This document shows, piece by piece, positions 46,167 through 56,006 of a DNA stretch of 64,000 nt (its first letter is position 1; every line of letters begins with the position of its first letter). Source of the stretch: Sphingobacterium sp. (GTDB lineage Bacteria; Bacteroidota; Bacteroidia; Sphingobacteriales; Sphingobacteriaceae); assembly GCA_040394915.1 (NCBI GenBank), contig JBEBRI010000001.1, positions 51,792 through 115,791 on the forward strand. Direction: 5' to 3'. The notes beneath the pieces were generated by a model, which had not been told where the DNA came from, ran no database searches, and worked only from the letters and a program-made list of their open reading frames with translations. The position numbers and the translations under genes are program-made.

Positions 46167-46802
46167 ATGAAAGAAGATTCACTAGCAGAAAAAGTTTACC
46201 TAGAAATTCGAGGCAAAATATTATCAAACCAGTTGGTTCCGGGAAGTCGCTTGAAAGAAGATGCTTGGGCAAAGAAGATGGAAGTAAGCCGTGTAGCTAT
46301 ACGCGAAGCATTGATTCGCTTACTAGGTGAGGGCTTGTTAGTGAAGGGAGAGAAATCTGGCTATTTCGTGAAGTCTATGAGTATGGAAGACCTCAAGGAA
46401 ATTCGAGAACTGCGGGAGGTGCTCGAGTTAGGAGCGCTTCAGCTCGCATGTCAGAAGATTAATGCCCAGCAAATCTTAGAGTTGGAGAAGATTTGTGAAG
46501 ACTTTAGTTTAATGGTTTCTAGCGGATACTATGGTGGCGCTTGCGAAGCGGATGTCAAGTTTCATGAGTGTTTGTTTGAAATCGCAGATAATGATAAGCT
46601 CACCCTTATTTATAAATCGAGTAATATTCCACTTTTTCACTTTAAATTGGGTAGAGCGTCTCAAATGGACGACTATGAAAAGACAGATAGAGAACATCGC
46701 GAGATTTTGAACGCGATAAAGGAAAAGGACTTTGAAAAGGCAATGGGGATTTTAAGATCGCATTTGCATCGGGGGGAATTGGAGTCTTTGGATTTGGGAT
46801 AG
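46167..46802 (+). CDS. GntR-family regulator (FCD domain)
   Basis: SLAEKVY...PGSRLKE....MEVSRVAIREAL, ELREVLE, DVKFH, EHREIL. Confidence 0.92.
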   Translation: MKEDSLAEKVYLEIRGKILSNQLVPGSRLKEDAWAKKMEVSRVAIREALIRLLGEGLLVKGEKSGYFVKSMSMEDLKEIRELREVLELGALQLACQKINAQQILELEKICEDFSLMVSSGYYGGACEADVKFHECLFEIADNDKLTLIYKSSNIPLFHFKLGRASQMDDYEKTDREHREILNAIKEKDFEKAMGILRSHLHRGELESLDLG

Positions 46803-46900
46803 GGGAAACATGTGGTGTTTTTAGAGCTTAGCCAATTGATTGTTAAGCTTTTTTTATTCTTAAAATTCTTTTCTTTTTTATTTACAAAAATTACACGTTT

Positions 46901-46922
46901 TTGTATACATTTCATATATTTG
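46901..46922 (+). promoter_or_regulatory. Putative GntR operator plus Bacteroidota -7 promoter element
   Basis: TTGTATACATTT (46901-46912) immediately before TATATTTG (46915-46922). Confidence 0.65.
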
Positions 46923-47144
46923 TTTTTACCGAATAGACTGGTTAATTATGATGTGTTAAAAATATTGTTGAGTTTTTCGACAGTTTTAAGCCAATTTTAA
47001 TAGCATGGAGGATAGATACGCGAAACTCCTTGTTGTGGACCAAATCTTATTCATGTTTATACGCTTCGATAGGTTTGGAGCGAACTCATTTTAAATTATG
47101 ATAGAGGCTTCGTGAATATCTCATATAGGCTTCGTCTCTACAAT

Positions 47145-48536
47145 ATGAAAAGTAAAGAAGCACAGAAAACTATATCTAACGCTTTCGAAGGTATAATTGG
47201 AGTCTCGACAAAGATTATCACACCGGAAGTGGGCATTTACACGCGTAATTGGGGTGCGGGTGATTCTCAGTATAGTCAGGGCGTACATCGGCCTTTAGAG
47301 CTGAATTGTTTAACCTTGCAAGAACGTGAGGATTCAGCCCCAACAATTATTATTTCAGCGGATCTCGGTTGGTGGAAAACACCAGACGAAGAGGCCTACA
47401 TTAGAGCAGGCGTGCGGAAGTATTTCAATATCGAGGCTCCAAACCTTATGTTCTGTCTCTCCCATACGCATTCTGGACCAAGTCTATCTTTAGCTGATGC
47501 GCAAAAAAAGGGTGGAGAATTCATAGCTCCGTATTTAGCTTTTTTATTAGAAGCAATTATTTCAGCGATACAATTGGCCCTAGATACGTCATTTCTAGGA
47601 CGATTAGATTGGCGATATGGAAGCTGCGATTTAGCGACGAATCGTGATTTCTATTGGGACGAAGGAAAACGTCATCTGACTGGCTTCAATCCAGAGATTG
47701 CAGGGGATGATACCCTTCTTGTGGGACGCGTCACGGATTTGAAACATCGAGTTAAATTCTTGATCGTAAATTATGCATGTCATCCAACGACGTTAGCTTG
47801 GGACAACCACCTAATTTCACCAGATTATATAGGGGCTTTACGCGAAGTTATCCGAGATCGTGTCGGCGTAGAGCTTATGTTTTTACAGGGGGCTTCCGGA
47901 GATCAATCGCCGGCCGTTCAGTACGTCGGTGATCCAGATGTTGCTGATAATTATGGCAAGCAATTGGGGTATGCCGTTTTATCGACAGTTTATAAATTCA
48001 ACGATGCAAGTAAAGCACTCGCCTTTCAAGGAAGCGTGGAATCAGGTGCATCATTAGCGATCTGGGGTTTTACAGACGTTGCCATTTCAACATCGTTAAC
48101 TCCGCAACTCATTTATGTAGAACTTCCTGTTAGAGACTTGCCTTCAGAGGTTGAACTTCAATCTCTTTGGGCTAAATCTTCGGATTCAGTGGAAAAGGAG
48201 CGTCTGTGGCGGAAAATTGGATTAAGGAGAATTTTAGGGGAAAAGGATCGTTTCGAACTACCCGTGTGGGTTTGGAAAGTTGGCGAAACTATTATTGTTG
48301 GCCAGTGTACAGAGGCTTATGTTCATTTCCAAAAACACCTTAGAGCAGCATTTTTTCCAAAACCGGTGGTGGTAATCAATATTGTCAACGGCTACATCGG
48401 GTATTTACCTACTGAAGAGTTATATCAAAGCGATGCCTATTCAGTATGGCAGACACCATTCGAAGCCGGTTCTCTAGAGATATTGGAAACCGGAGTGGTC
48501 GAGGCTATAGCTAAACTAGATAATAATGAATCATAA
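47145..48536 (+). CDS. Neutral/alkaline ceramidase-like metallo-amidohydrolase
   Basis: ISADL, SHTHSGP, NYACHPT, ISPDYIG, FLQGASGDQSP, NGYIGYLPT; ATG 47145 preferred; no signal peptide. Confidence 0.78.
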   Translation: MKSKEAQKTISNAFEGIIGVSTKIITPEVGIYTRNWGAGDSQYSQGVHRPLELNCLTLQEREDSAPTIIISADLGWWKTPDEEAYIRAGVRKYFNIEAPNLMFCLSHTHSGPSLSLADAQKKGGEFIAPYLAFLLEAIISAIQLALDTSFLGRLDWRYGSCDLATNRDFYWDEGKRHLTGFNPEIAGDDTLLVGRVTDLKHRVKFLIVNYACHPTTLAWDNHLISPDYIGALREVIRDRVGVELMFLQGASGDQSPAVQYVGDPDVADNYGKQLGYAVLSTVYKFNDASKALAFQGSVESGASLAIWGFTDVAISTSLTPQLIYVELPVRDLPSEVELQSLWAKSSDSVEKERLWRKIGLRRILGEKDRFELPVWVWKVGETIIVGQCTEAYVHFQKHLRAAFFPKPVVVINIVNGYIGYLPTEELYQSDAYSVWQTPFEAGSLEILETGVVEAIAKLDNNES

Positions 48537-48539
48537 AAT

Positions 48540-50111
48540 ATGAGCCCTAACTTTACATATATCGATTTCGCTATATTCTTAATCTACATTTTATTAATTG
48601 TTAGCCTTGGCGTCTACTCTTCCAGAAAAGCAAGCCAATCCAAGCGAGATTATTTTTTAGCTGGCGATAAATTGCCCTGGTGGATGGTTGGAGGTAGTAT
48701 TATTGCTGCTAATATCAGTAGTCATCAACTTGTCGGGGTGATGGGGGTTGCATACGATCGTGGCTTTGTTGCCATGGTTGTCGAATGGGGAGCCATTCTG
48801 ATTGGATTCAACGCGCTGCTTTGGATATTTTTACCGTTCTATTTGAGAAATGGCTTTTATACGATGCCTGAGTTTTTGCAGAGGCGATTTGGAACAGGAG
48901 CGAAAACAATCTATGCCATTCTGGTGCTATTGACCTATATTTTCGTTGAAATAGCTGCCGTGCTTTATTTGGGTGCATTGACAATGCAAGCCATGTTAGG
49001 GATCCCAATTTGGACTTGCGTATTGATACTTGCCGGTACGACTGGTATCTACACGATTCTAGGTGGGTTGAAAGCGGTTATATGGACTGAAATGGTTCAA
49101 TTAGCGGTGTTGATCATGGGAATGATTGCCCTTTCCTACACCACGATTGATGCTGCAGGAGGTTTTTCCGCAGTGTTGGAAACAACAAAAGATTGGAAGC
49201 TCATTATGCCAGCAGGCGACCCAGACTTTCCCTGGACGATGTACCTAGGAGGATTACTCTGTATTAGTGTTTTCTACAATGCTACTAATCAATTTATCGT
49301 TCAAAGGACATTGGCGGCGAAGAATGAATGGCACGCAAAAATGGGGATTATCTTTGGCGATTACTTGAAATTTATAATTCCATTGCTGATTGTTTTTCCG
49401 GCCTTGGTTGCCGTTAAATTATTTCCGAATCTAGATAAACCCGATCTTCTCTTTTCGCTTTTAGTCGAAAAGTTATTACCTACAGGATTGGTTGGTCTAG
49501 TAATGGCGGGTTTAATCGCAGCAGTGATGTCTCATCTATCTGGTGCGATCAACTCTTGTACAACCATCCTAACAATAGACATCTATATTCCATTCATGAA
49601 TAAGAATGCAACAGAGCGGGAGTCCGTGAATTTTGGTAAGCTTTCTGGTGTTGTGATTGTGATATTAGGGATTATATGCTCGGGTCTAATCGCATTGTAT
49701 TCTGAAAAGCCGATATTCATTTATCTGATGAACGCCTATGGTTATTTTACTCCTGGAATCGCCACGATGTTCTTGTTGGGAATATTGTGGAAGGGGACAA
49801 CTCCCACAGCTGCAGTATTCGCGGGTTTATTAACTATTCCACTATCACTTGCATTGGAGTTCGCATTTCCTGAGTTATCTTTTTTTAATCGAACTGGGAT
49901 CGTATTCTGGGTTTGCATGGCCTCTTCCGTTTTGGTAAGTCTGGTTACAAAGAAAAAAGATGAAACAGAGCTGGTAGGTTTAATATGGAGTCGCCGTAGC
50001 CTAAGATTGTCTGAAGAGGATCGGTATTTACAGCGCGGCTTTAGAAATCCCACACTTTGGTGGGGAATAATTACGGTGATTGTTTTTTTTTTTTATATAA
50101 AATTTGATTAA
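48540..50111 (+). CDS. Sodium:solute symporter (SSS, SGLT-like)
   Basis: DYFLAG..LPWW, AANIS, TMPEFL..RF, GGLKAVIWTE, NQFIVQRTLAAK, AAVMS.LSGAINS. Confidence 0.93.
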   Translation: MSPNFTYIDFAIFLIYILLIVSLGVYSSRKASQSKRDYFLAGDKLPWWMVGGSIIAANISSHQLVGVMGVAYDRGFVAMVVEWGAILIGFNALLWIFLPFYLRNGFYTMPEFLQRRFGTGAKTIYAILVLLTYIFVEIAAVLYLGALTMQAMLGIPIWTCVLILAGTTGIYTILGGLKAVIWTEMVQLAVLIMGMIALSYTTIDAAGGFSAVLETTKDWKLIMPAGDPDFPWTMYLGGLLCISVFYNATNQFIVQRTLAAKNEWHAKMGIIFGDYLKFIIPLLIVFPALVAVKLFPNLDKPDLLFSLLVEKLLPTGLVGLVMAGLIAAVMSHLSGAINSCTTILTIDIYIPFMNKNATERESVNFGKLSGVVIVILGIICSGLIALYSEKPIFIYLMNAYGYFTPGIATMFLLGILWKGTTPTAAVFAGLLTIPLSLALEFAFPELSFFNRTGIVFWVCMASSVLVSLVTKKKDETELVGLIWSRRSLRLSEEDRYLQRGFRNPTLWWGIITVIVFFFYIKFD

Positions 50112-50150
50112 ATACGGCATTCATAGTAAAGGTTTTAAAAATATATATTG

Positions 50151-51011
50151 ATGAAAAACAAAAGCCTAATCCCCGACTTACTAATCGACACTTCGTGTGA
50201 ACTAGGCGAAGGGCCAATTTGGGAGGCAGAAAATAATAGATTAATCTGGTTAGATATTGCATTAGGAAAGGTTCATTTTTGGAATGCCTCAAACAACGAG
50301 CATACCTGCTATGAATTTTCATTGAGGATTTCCGCGCTAGCAAAAAACAAGTTAGACCAGTACATTGCGGCCAGCGACAAAGGATTTGTTATGTTAGATT
50401 TTGAACATTGTACGCATATGCCCATTGTTGACCCCGAGTATGATAAGCCAAATAATCGGTTTAATGATGGGAAGCTGGATGCGAATGGTTGTTTTTGGGC
50501 TGGAACAATGGATGAGGTCAATGGCGAAAAGGGAGCTGGAAAACTTTACATGTTAAAGGAAGACGGGACGGTGGAAACAAAAATTAATGATGTTACCTGT
50601 TCCAATGGATTAGGGTGGAGTAGGAATAATGATCGTTTCTATTTTATTGATAGTCTTGCTTACAATGTTGTGGAATATGATTTCGACCTAGCAAGCGGCA
50701 TGATTTCGAATAAGAAGGTTCTATATACTTTTCCAGAAGAGGAAGGTCTGCCCGATGGAATGTGTGTTGATAGGAACGGAAATCTATGGGTTGCTATCTG
50801 GGGTGCCGGAAAAGTAGTGCAAATCGATATACAACAAAAGATCGTCGTCCAAGAAATACAGGTGCCAGCGAAACAGGTAACTTCCTGTACTTTCGGGGGA
50901 ATAAATATGAGTGACCTTTTTATTACGACAGCGAGGATTGGTTTAAGCGAAGCGCAACTTGAAGCAACACCACACGCGGGGGCCGTATATCGCGTAAGCA
51001 ACCTCGTCTAA
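50151..51011 (+). CDS. SMP-30/gluconolactonase family protein (cytoplasmic)
   Basis: LGEGPIW, RFNDGKLD, CSNGLGWS, PDGMCVD, VTSCTFGG, LFITTAR. Confidence 0.92.
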   Translation: MKNKSLIPDLLIDTSCELGEGPIWEAENNRLIWLDIALGKVHFWNASNNEHTCYEFSLRISALAKNKLDQYIAASDKGFVMLDFEHCTHMPIVDPEYDKPNNRFNDGKLDANGCFWAGTMDEVNGEKGAGKLYMLKEDGTVETKINDVTCSNGLGWSRNNDRFYFIDSLAYNVVEYDFDLASGMISNKKVLYTFPEEEGLPDGMCVDRNGNLWVAIWGAGKVVQIDIQQKIVVQEIQVPAKQVTSCTFGGINMSDLFITTARIGLSEAQLEATPHAGAVYRVSNLV

Positions 51012-51077
51012 GCGTATTATGTTTTTCATTCTAAATAAAAATGCCTATTTTGATAGTTCAATCGAACTAAACCAATT

Positions 51078-52052
51078 ATGAAGGCAATCTTATTTTCATC
51101 ACTCTTATTATTTGCGAACCTGCATTCTTCTGGACAACAAACGAAAATTGAAATATTGAATCCGAGTATGAAAAAGATTATCCAATCGGATGTTCAAATT
51201 GAAAACTTAGGTGCAGGAATGGTATGGGCGGAAGGACCCGTTTGGAGTATGAAGGGGCAATACTTGTTATTTAGCGATCCTCGGTTGAATACTATTTTTC
51301 AATGGGACGAAAAGAATGGATTAAGACCGTTTCTAAAGCCATCCGGTTATGAAGGTGAAACTTGGTATAGCGATGAGCCCGGGACGAATGGACTACTGAT
51401 TAATTCAGAAGGGATGTTAATCGCTTGTGATCATGGAAATCGGCGAATTGCACAGATAGATCTAACAAGTAAAGAAAAGCGTACTGTTGTTTCCGATTGG
51501 AAGGGTAAGCGTTTTAATTCTCCAAATGATATTTGCGAACATCCGCAAGGTTTTTACTTTTTCACCGACCCGCCTTATGGTTTACCTGGTCGCTTGACGG
51601 ATACTATAAATCGAGAGATAGAGCAAAATGGCGTATATCGTTTCAATAAGAAAGATCAAAGTGTTAGTCAGGTTATCAGTAATTTGGATAGACCGAATGG
51701 GATTGCTTTGTCGCCTGATGGAAAGAAATTATATGTTGCACTTAGTGACGATGCAAAACCTTATCTAATGGTTTATAAACTCAAAAATGCGAATATTGTT
51801 GGAGATGCGGAGGTGTTCTTCGACTTTGGGAAAAGCTTTCCTTCAGAGAAGCTTCGCGCGGATGGAATTAAAGTAGATTCAACAGGCAATGTTTATGCGG
51901 CTGCAGGAGACGGCGTTTTGGTCATCAATAAGCAAGGTCATGCCATTGGGAGGATTCGTTCGGGAGTCCGAACAGCGAATATTGCATTCGGTGCCGATCA
52001 ATATTTGTATATGACAGCAAGTGATCGATTATTTCGGGTTAAATTAAAGTAG
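51078..52052 (+). CDS. SMP-30/gluconolactonase family protein (secreted)
   Basis: Signal peptide; WAEGPVW, GTNGL, FNSPND, FTDPPYGL, RPNGIALSPD, ADGIKVD. Confidence 0.92.
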   Translation: MKAILFSSLLLFANLHSSGQQTKIEILNPSMKKIIQSDVQIENLGAGMVWAEGPVWSMKGQYLLFSDPRLNTIFQWDEKNGLRPFLKPSGYEGETWYSDEPGTNGLLINSEGMLIACDHGNRRIAQIDLTSKEKRTVVSDWKGKRFNSPNDICEHPQGFYFFTDPPYGLPGRLTDTINREIEQNGVYRFNKKDQSVSQVISNLDRPNGIALSPDGKKLYVALSDDAKPYLMVYKLKNANIVGDAEVFFDFGKSFPSEKLRADGIKVDSTGNVYAAAGDGVLVINKQGHAIGRIRSGVRTANIAFGADQYLYMTASDRLFRVKLK

Positions 52053-52055
52053 CGA

Positions 52056-53351
52056 TTAAACGAGCTTCGGTTTTGGAAATTGTATGCGAAACAAAGTTCC
52101 TTGTTCTTCCTTGCTTTCCACTTTAATTTGACCACTGTTAGCCGTTACAAGCTTCTGAACCAGTAGAAGACCTAGGCCAGTACCTTTTTCACCTAAGGTT
52201 CCGTAGGCCGGTTCTCGAGTACCTTCAAAAAGATGATTTATCTGCTCGTCGTTCATTCCTTTCCCATGATCGCTAACGCGAATCTCGATGTAATCCCGTT
52301 CAGTTTTTGCGGATACGGCGATACTACCGCCAGGATTGCTAAACTTTATTGCATTATCTAAAAGATTCCGGAAAATAACACTTATTTGTACCGGATCAGC
52401 ATCGATACTGGCTGTCGAATCAATTTGACTGGTCATCTTGATATTTTTTTCACTGGTTCGAGCTGCAAAGGACTCTATTGCATCATTCATAATCTCGCGA
52501 AGTAAGATATGAGCTTTTTGCGTTTCTATCCCTCCAAGATTAATGCGGCTCCAATCCAACAGGTTGTCGAGGTTCGAACGCAGTGTTTTCAGCTGCTTGT
52601 TAATCAGTCTCAGGGTCTCTTCCTTGCTTTGCGGATCTATCTTCTCTTCAGAAATAAGTTGAACCATTGTCGATGTCGTTTGCAAAGGCGAATGAATGTC
52701 GTGGGCAATTACTGCTAGTAAATGCTTCAAATCGTTATTAAGCTCTACAATCTTTAGACTTTGTTCTTTGATGTATTCTTGGTATTTATCCTGAATAGTC
52801 TGATGATAGATAACTAAAGCAGACAGAAACAAAAGGCCTAAAACGGAATTAATTAGTAGACGTTCTTTCGCTACCTCTGAAATGAAGGGTAAATCGTAAG
52901 GAAAGAATTTTGGAATAAGTACAGCTAATGCCACTAGAATAAGGATGCTTATTTTTGTTGTTTTATTTTTGAAAATAAGCTGTCCAATTGTTAACACAAT
53001 AATCAAATAATATTCAGCGACGTTCGGTGCTAGAATATTTACGACGACTAAAAAACACATAAATACGACCAACATCCAACTCTTGGCAGCTTGATATCGT
53101 TGTTGCTTATTCAGCTTAAACGCGTACAAAATCAAGGCAACGCATACAAAATTGATTACGCTTATGATGGGCAGCTTCAGGATGTTGACTACCCCGTAGA
53201 TGAAGGATACACTCGCCGTTGATAGCGCAATAACGTTCACCATCTTTATCTCTTTGCGTAATAAATAATTGGCCTCTTCCGTGACTCCCGTCAGCGAGAT
53301 TCGGTTCAAGAATAAAGAAAAACGCATGAAATAATTCTGCAAGATTTTCAT
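52056..53351 (-). CDS. Membrane-bound sensor histidine kinase
   Basis: Multi-TM N-terminus; H box IAHDIHSPL, N box RNLLDNAIKFS, DHGKGM, GEKGTGLGL. Confidence 0.92.
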   Translation of the reverse strand: MKILQNYFMRFSLFLNRISLTGVTEEANYLLRKEIKMVNVIALSTASVSFIYGVVNILKLPIISVINFVCVALILYAFKLNKQQRYQAAKSWMLVVFMCFLVVVNILAPNVAEYYLIIVLTIGQLIFKNKTTKISILILVALAVLIPKFFPYDLPFISEVAKERLLINSVLGLLFLSALVIYHQTIQDKYQEYIKEQSLKIVELNNDLKHLLAVIAHDIHSPLQTTSTMVQLISEEKIDPQSKEETLRLINKQLKTLRSNLDNLLDWSRINLGGIETQKAHILLREIMNDAIESFAARTSEKNIKMTSQIDSTASIDADPVQISVIFRNLLDNAIKFSNPGGSIAVSAKTERDYIEIRVSDHGKGMNDEQINHLFEGTREPAYGTLGEKGTGLGLLLVQKLVTANSGQIKVESKEEQGTLFRIQFPKPKLV

Positions 53352-53757
53352 AAGTAATTGTGTTAATCGATGGAAGGACTACAGGAATGGTTTGTAGCTC
53401 GTTGTCTACAAAGTTATTTATTAAATTCTATATTCAATTACACAAATATGCTTTTTAGCGGAATATTTAAAGGTTATTAATGATGAATCCGTCCGGATCG
53501 ACTACGCTGTTACAAAGTGCTTAAAAATTAAAGATACTATCGCCTTTTCCGATAATTGATTCCAGAGGACAAGGATCCTAATATTCCTGGAAATACGCGG
53601 TAGTTCGCTAAGAATGATGCTTATACTGGTTATTGCTGAACTTACATTATTTACTCGCGTATTTGGAGACAGCATGGGCAGTCTCAATTCTTGGCGAATC
53701 CTAAAATTTATGTCTACCTTAGCACTGGATTATGGTTATTTTACTATTAACAATTCC

Positions 53758-53792
53758 AGAGCAAAGGAATCGCAGACCTTTGCTCTTCCTTT
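53758..53792 (+). terminator. Orphan stem-loop in long intergenic region
   Basis: AGAGCAAAGG-aatcgcaga-CCTTTGCTCT followed by a pyrimidine run. Confidence 0.45.
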
Positions 53793-54511
53793 CTACATTC
53801 ATACTTCCATTTAGATTTCTTTGCTTGTTTGGTGTTTTGCAAATACGATGCAAACGCGTCGGAATTTTGACCTGAAGTTCCTTCTGCAAGACGCTATGTA
53901 AGACAAGCTAGTTGTAACGCAGCTTTTAAACGACCGATTCGCTGCTATTTGTTTAGCCAATCCCGAAATTTCTGTCTACAAACTTTTTAGCCTTACTGAA
54001 TTTTTAAGTCTTTTTTCCAGGTTGGAAGCATAATATTCATTTATCCGAAGGTCGGGAGGAACATAATTTGAATTCCAATACGATTTTCTTGTTCCATGTG
54101 CTGTTACGCAATCGATATCGGCATCGTTTGCGTGTATTTCTCTAGTTTTCGCTAGTTTTTATTATGAAATTGAACCCGATAAAGGATATAAATTATTTAT
54201 TGAAGACGGTTGGAATAGTTAGATGACACGCAGCTGCACTGTCGCTCAGAGCGTTTATCTTACTTAACCACTCGAAAATAGTTGAGGAAGTTTTAAAGAA
54301 AAGGCGAGGACGTAATTTATAATCCAAATGTTTCGCTTGTGAAACCAATTATAAGGAAGAGGATTTTCCGACAGCTGCATCCAATCAAAAGGCTGAAGAA
54401 TAGCGAATGTCAAGCTTTTTTTTCAAAACCTTGAGTCTTAAACAGCGCACGGAACCAAACTTAAAAAAGCAAATAAAAAGAAAGAAATAAGGATTATTAG
54501 GGAATAATTAT

Positions 54512-56002
54512 ATGCTACTAAATAAGAACATGATCAGTTTGTTAAAGATAGACGACCTACGTCTTCCTTCCACGGAAAGTTTTAATTTTCCGGAGAAGGT
54601 AATACAATTTGGAACCGGAGTACTGTTACGCGGCTTGCCCGATTATATTATTCATGTGGCAAATCAGCAGGGTGATTTTCGAGGGCGTATACTTGTTGTT
54701 CAGTCGACAGGATCAGGAGCGGTTGAGGCTTTTACGAAACAGGATAATTTGTACACACTTGCCGTTAATGGCATTGAAGCGGGCACGATTAAAGATGACT
54801 ATATTTTAATCAATAGTATATCGCGAGTTTGTGCAGCAGCTACTCAATGGCAAGAAGTCTTGAAAGCCGCAGAGAATCCAGAATTAGATGTGATAATATC
54901 GAACACAACAGAAGTTGGGATCGTAGCGAGTACCGATTCTGTTGATGAGAATCCACCTACATCATTTCCAGGGAAAGTGTGTGCCTTTCTGTTTCATAGG
55001 TACCAATATTTTAATGGGGCGCCCAACAAAGGTATGGTGATCCTTCCCACCGAATTGATCGATAATAATGGTTCCATGTTGAAGAAGTTCGTCTTGGAAG
55101 TTGCGGAGCGTTCAGCATTGCCTGAAGCATTTATCCAATGGTTAGTGATGGCCAACGATTTTTGTGATACGCTAGTGGATCGAATTGTTCCTGGGAAATT
55201 AAATGCTAGTCAACAGGTTCTGGCTGAATCCCGATTGGGATATGAAGATCCTTTAATGATCATGGCAGAACCTTATTACCTATGGGCAATTACTGCAAAA
55301 AACCAACGAACTTTCGATAGACTGAGCTTTGCCAAAGCTAATAAGTCGGTTCATTTAGTTCCATCGATCAAAAAATTTAAAGAGATAAAATTAAGATTGC
55401 TAAATGGCACACATACGCTTAGTTGTGCTGCCGCAATTATTGCAGGATTTGTTACCGTGAAAGAGGCAATGGAAAATACATCCTTCAATCGGTTTGTATC
55501 CAGTTTAACAGATGAGATAATTTCCTGTATGGATGATCCAGCATTAGAAAAGTCAGAATTGAAGGAATTCGCCAATCAGGTCATTGACCGATTTGCAAAT
55601 CCATTTCTTGCGCATCGCTGGGAAAGTATAGCGTTGAATTATACAAGTAAGATGCGTATGCGCAATGTACCCCTTTTATTAAAGAGTCAAGTCTTGTCCA
55701 ACAGTCCTTTACCAAGTATGACTTTAGGATTTGCTGCCTACCTGTTATTCATGCGAAGTCATGAATCAAATGGGCAGTTTATACAAAATGCATACGGCTC
55801 AAGTATTGTTCTGCAAGATGATCAAGCGGCTAAGCTATACGAGTATAATCAGCAAGGGCAGGAGGGCTTAGTGAAGCTATTGGCGGATAAAGAGCTCTGG
55901 GGAAGTAGTTTAATGGAGATTCCTGGTTTTGCGGAGCAAGTGCAAAAAGACATGCAGGCCATTGTGCAAAAAGGATTTTTAACAGCTTTTGAGGAAAAGT
56001 AA
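54512..56002 (+). CDS. uxaB: Tagaturonate reductase (altronate oxidoreductase)
   Basis: PEKVIQFGTGVLLRG, ISNTTEVGI, SFPGK, PTELIDNNG, LVDRIVPG, KLRLLNGTHT, DRFANPF. Confidence 0.93.
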   Translation: MLLNKNMISLLKIDDLRLPSTESFNFPEKVIQFGTGVLLRGLPDYIIHVANQQGDFRGRILVVQSTGSGAVEAFTKQDNLYTLAVNGIEAGTIKDDYILINSISRVCAAATQWQEVLKAAENPELDVIISNTTEVGIVASTDSVDENPPTSFPGKVCAFLFHRYQYFNGAPNKGMVILPTELIDNNGSMLKKFVLEVAERSALPEAFIQWLVMANDFCDTLVDRIVPGKLNASQQVLAESRLGYEDPLMIMAEPYYLWAITAKNQRTFDRLSFAKANKSVHLVPSIKKFKEIKLRLLNGTHTLSCAAAIIAGFVTVKEAMENTSFNRFVSSLTDEIISCMDDPALEKSELKEFANQVIDRFANPFLAHRWESIALNYTSKMRMRNVPLLLKSQVLSNSPLPSMTLGFAAYLLFMRSHESNGQFIQNAYGSSIVLQDDQAAKLYEYNQQGQEGLVKLLADKELWGSSLMEIPGFAEQVQKDMQAIVQKGFLTAFEEK

Positions 56003-56006
56003 AGAC

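Noticed and set aside
46673-47000. ORFs 46812-47000 (+) and 46673-46915 (-)
   Set aside because: Low-complexity translations of an AT-rich promoter region that contains the operator and the -7 element.
53502-53814. ORFs 53614-53814 (+) and 53502-53687 (-) as real genes
   Set aside because: Short, mutually overlapping and without recognisable motifs; cannot be supported without homology data.
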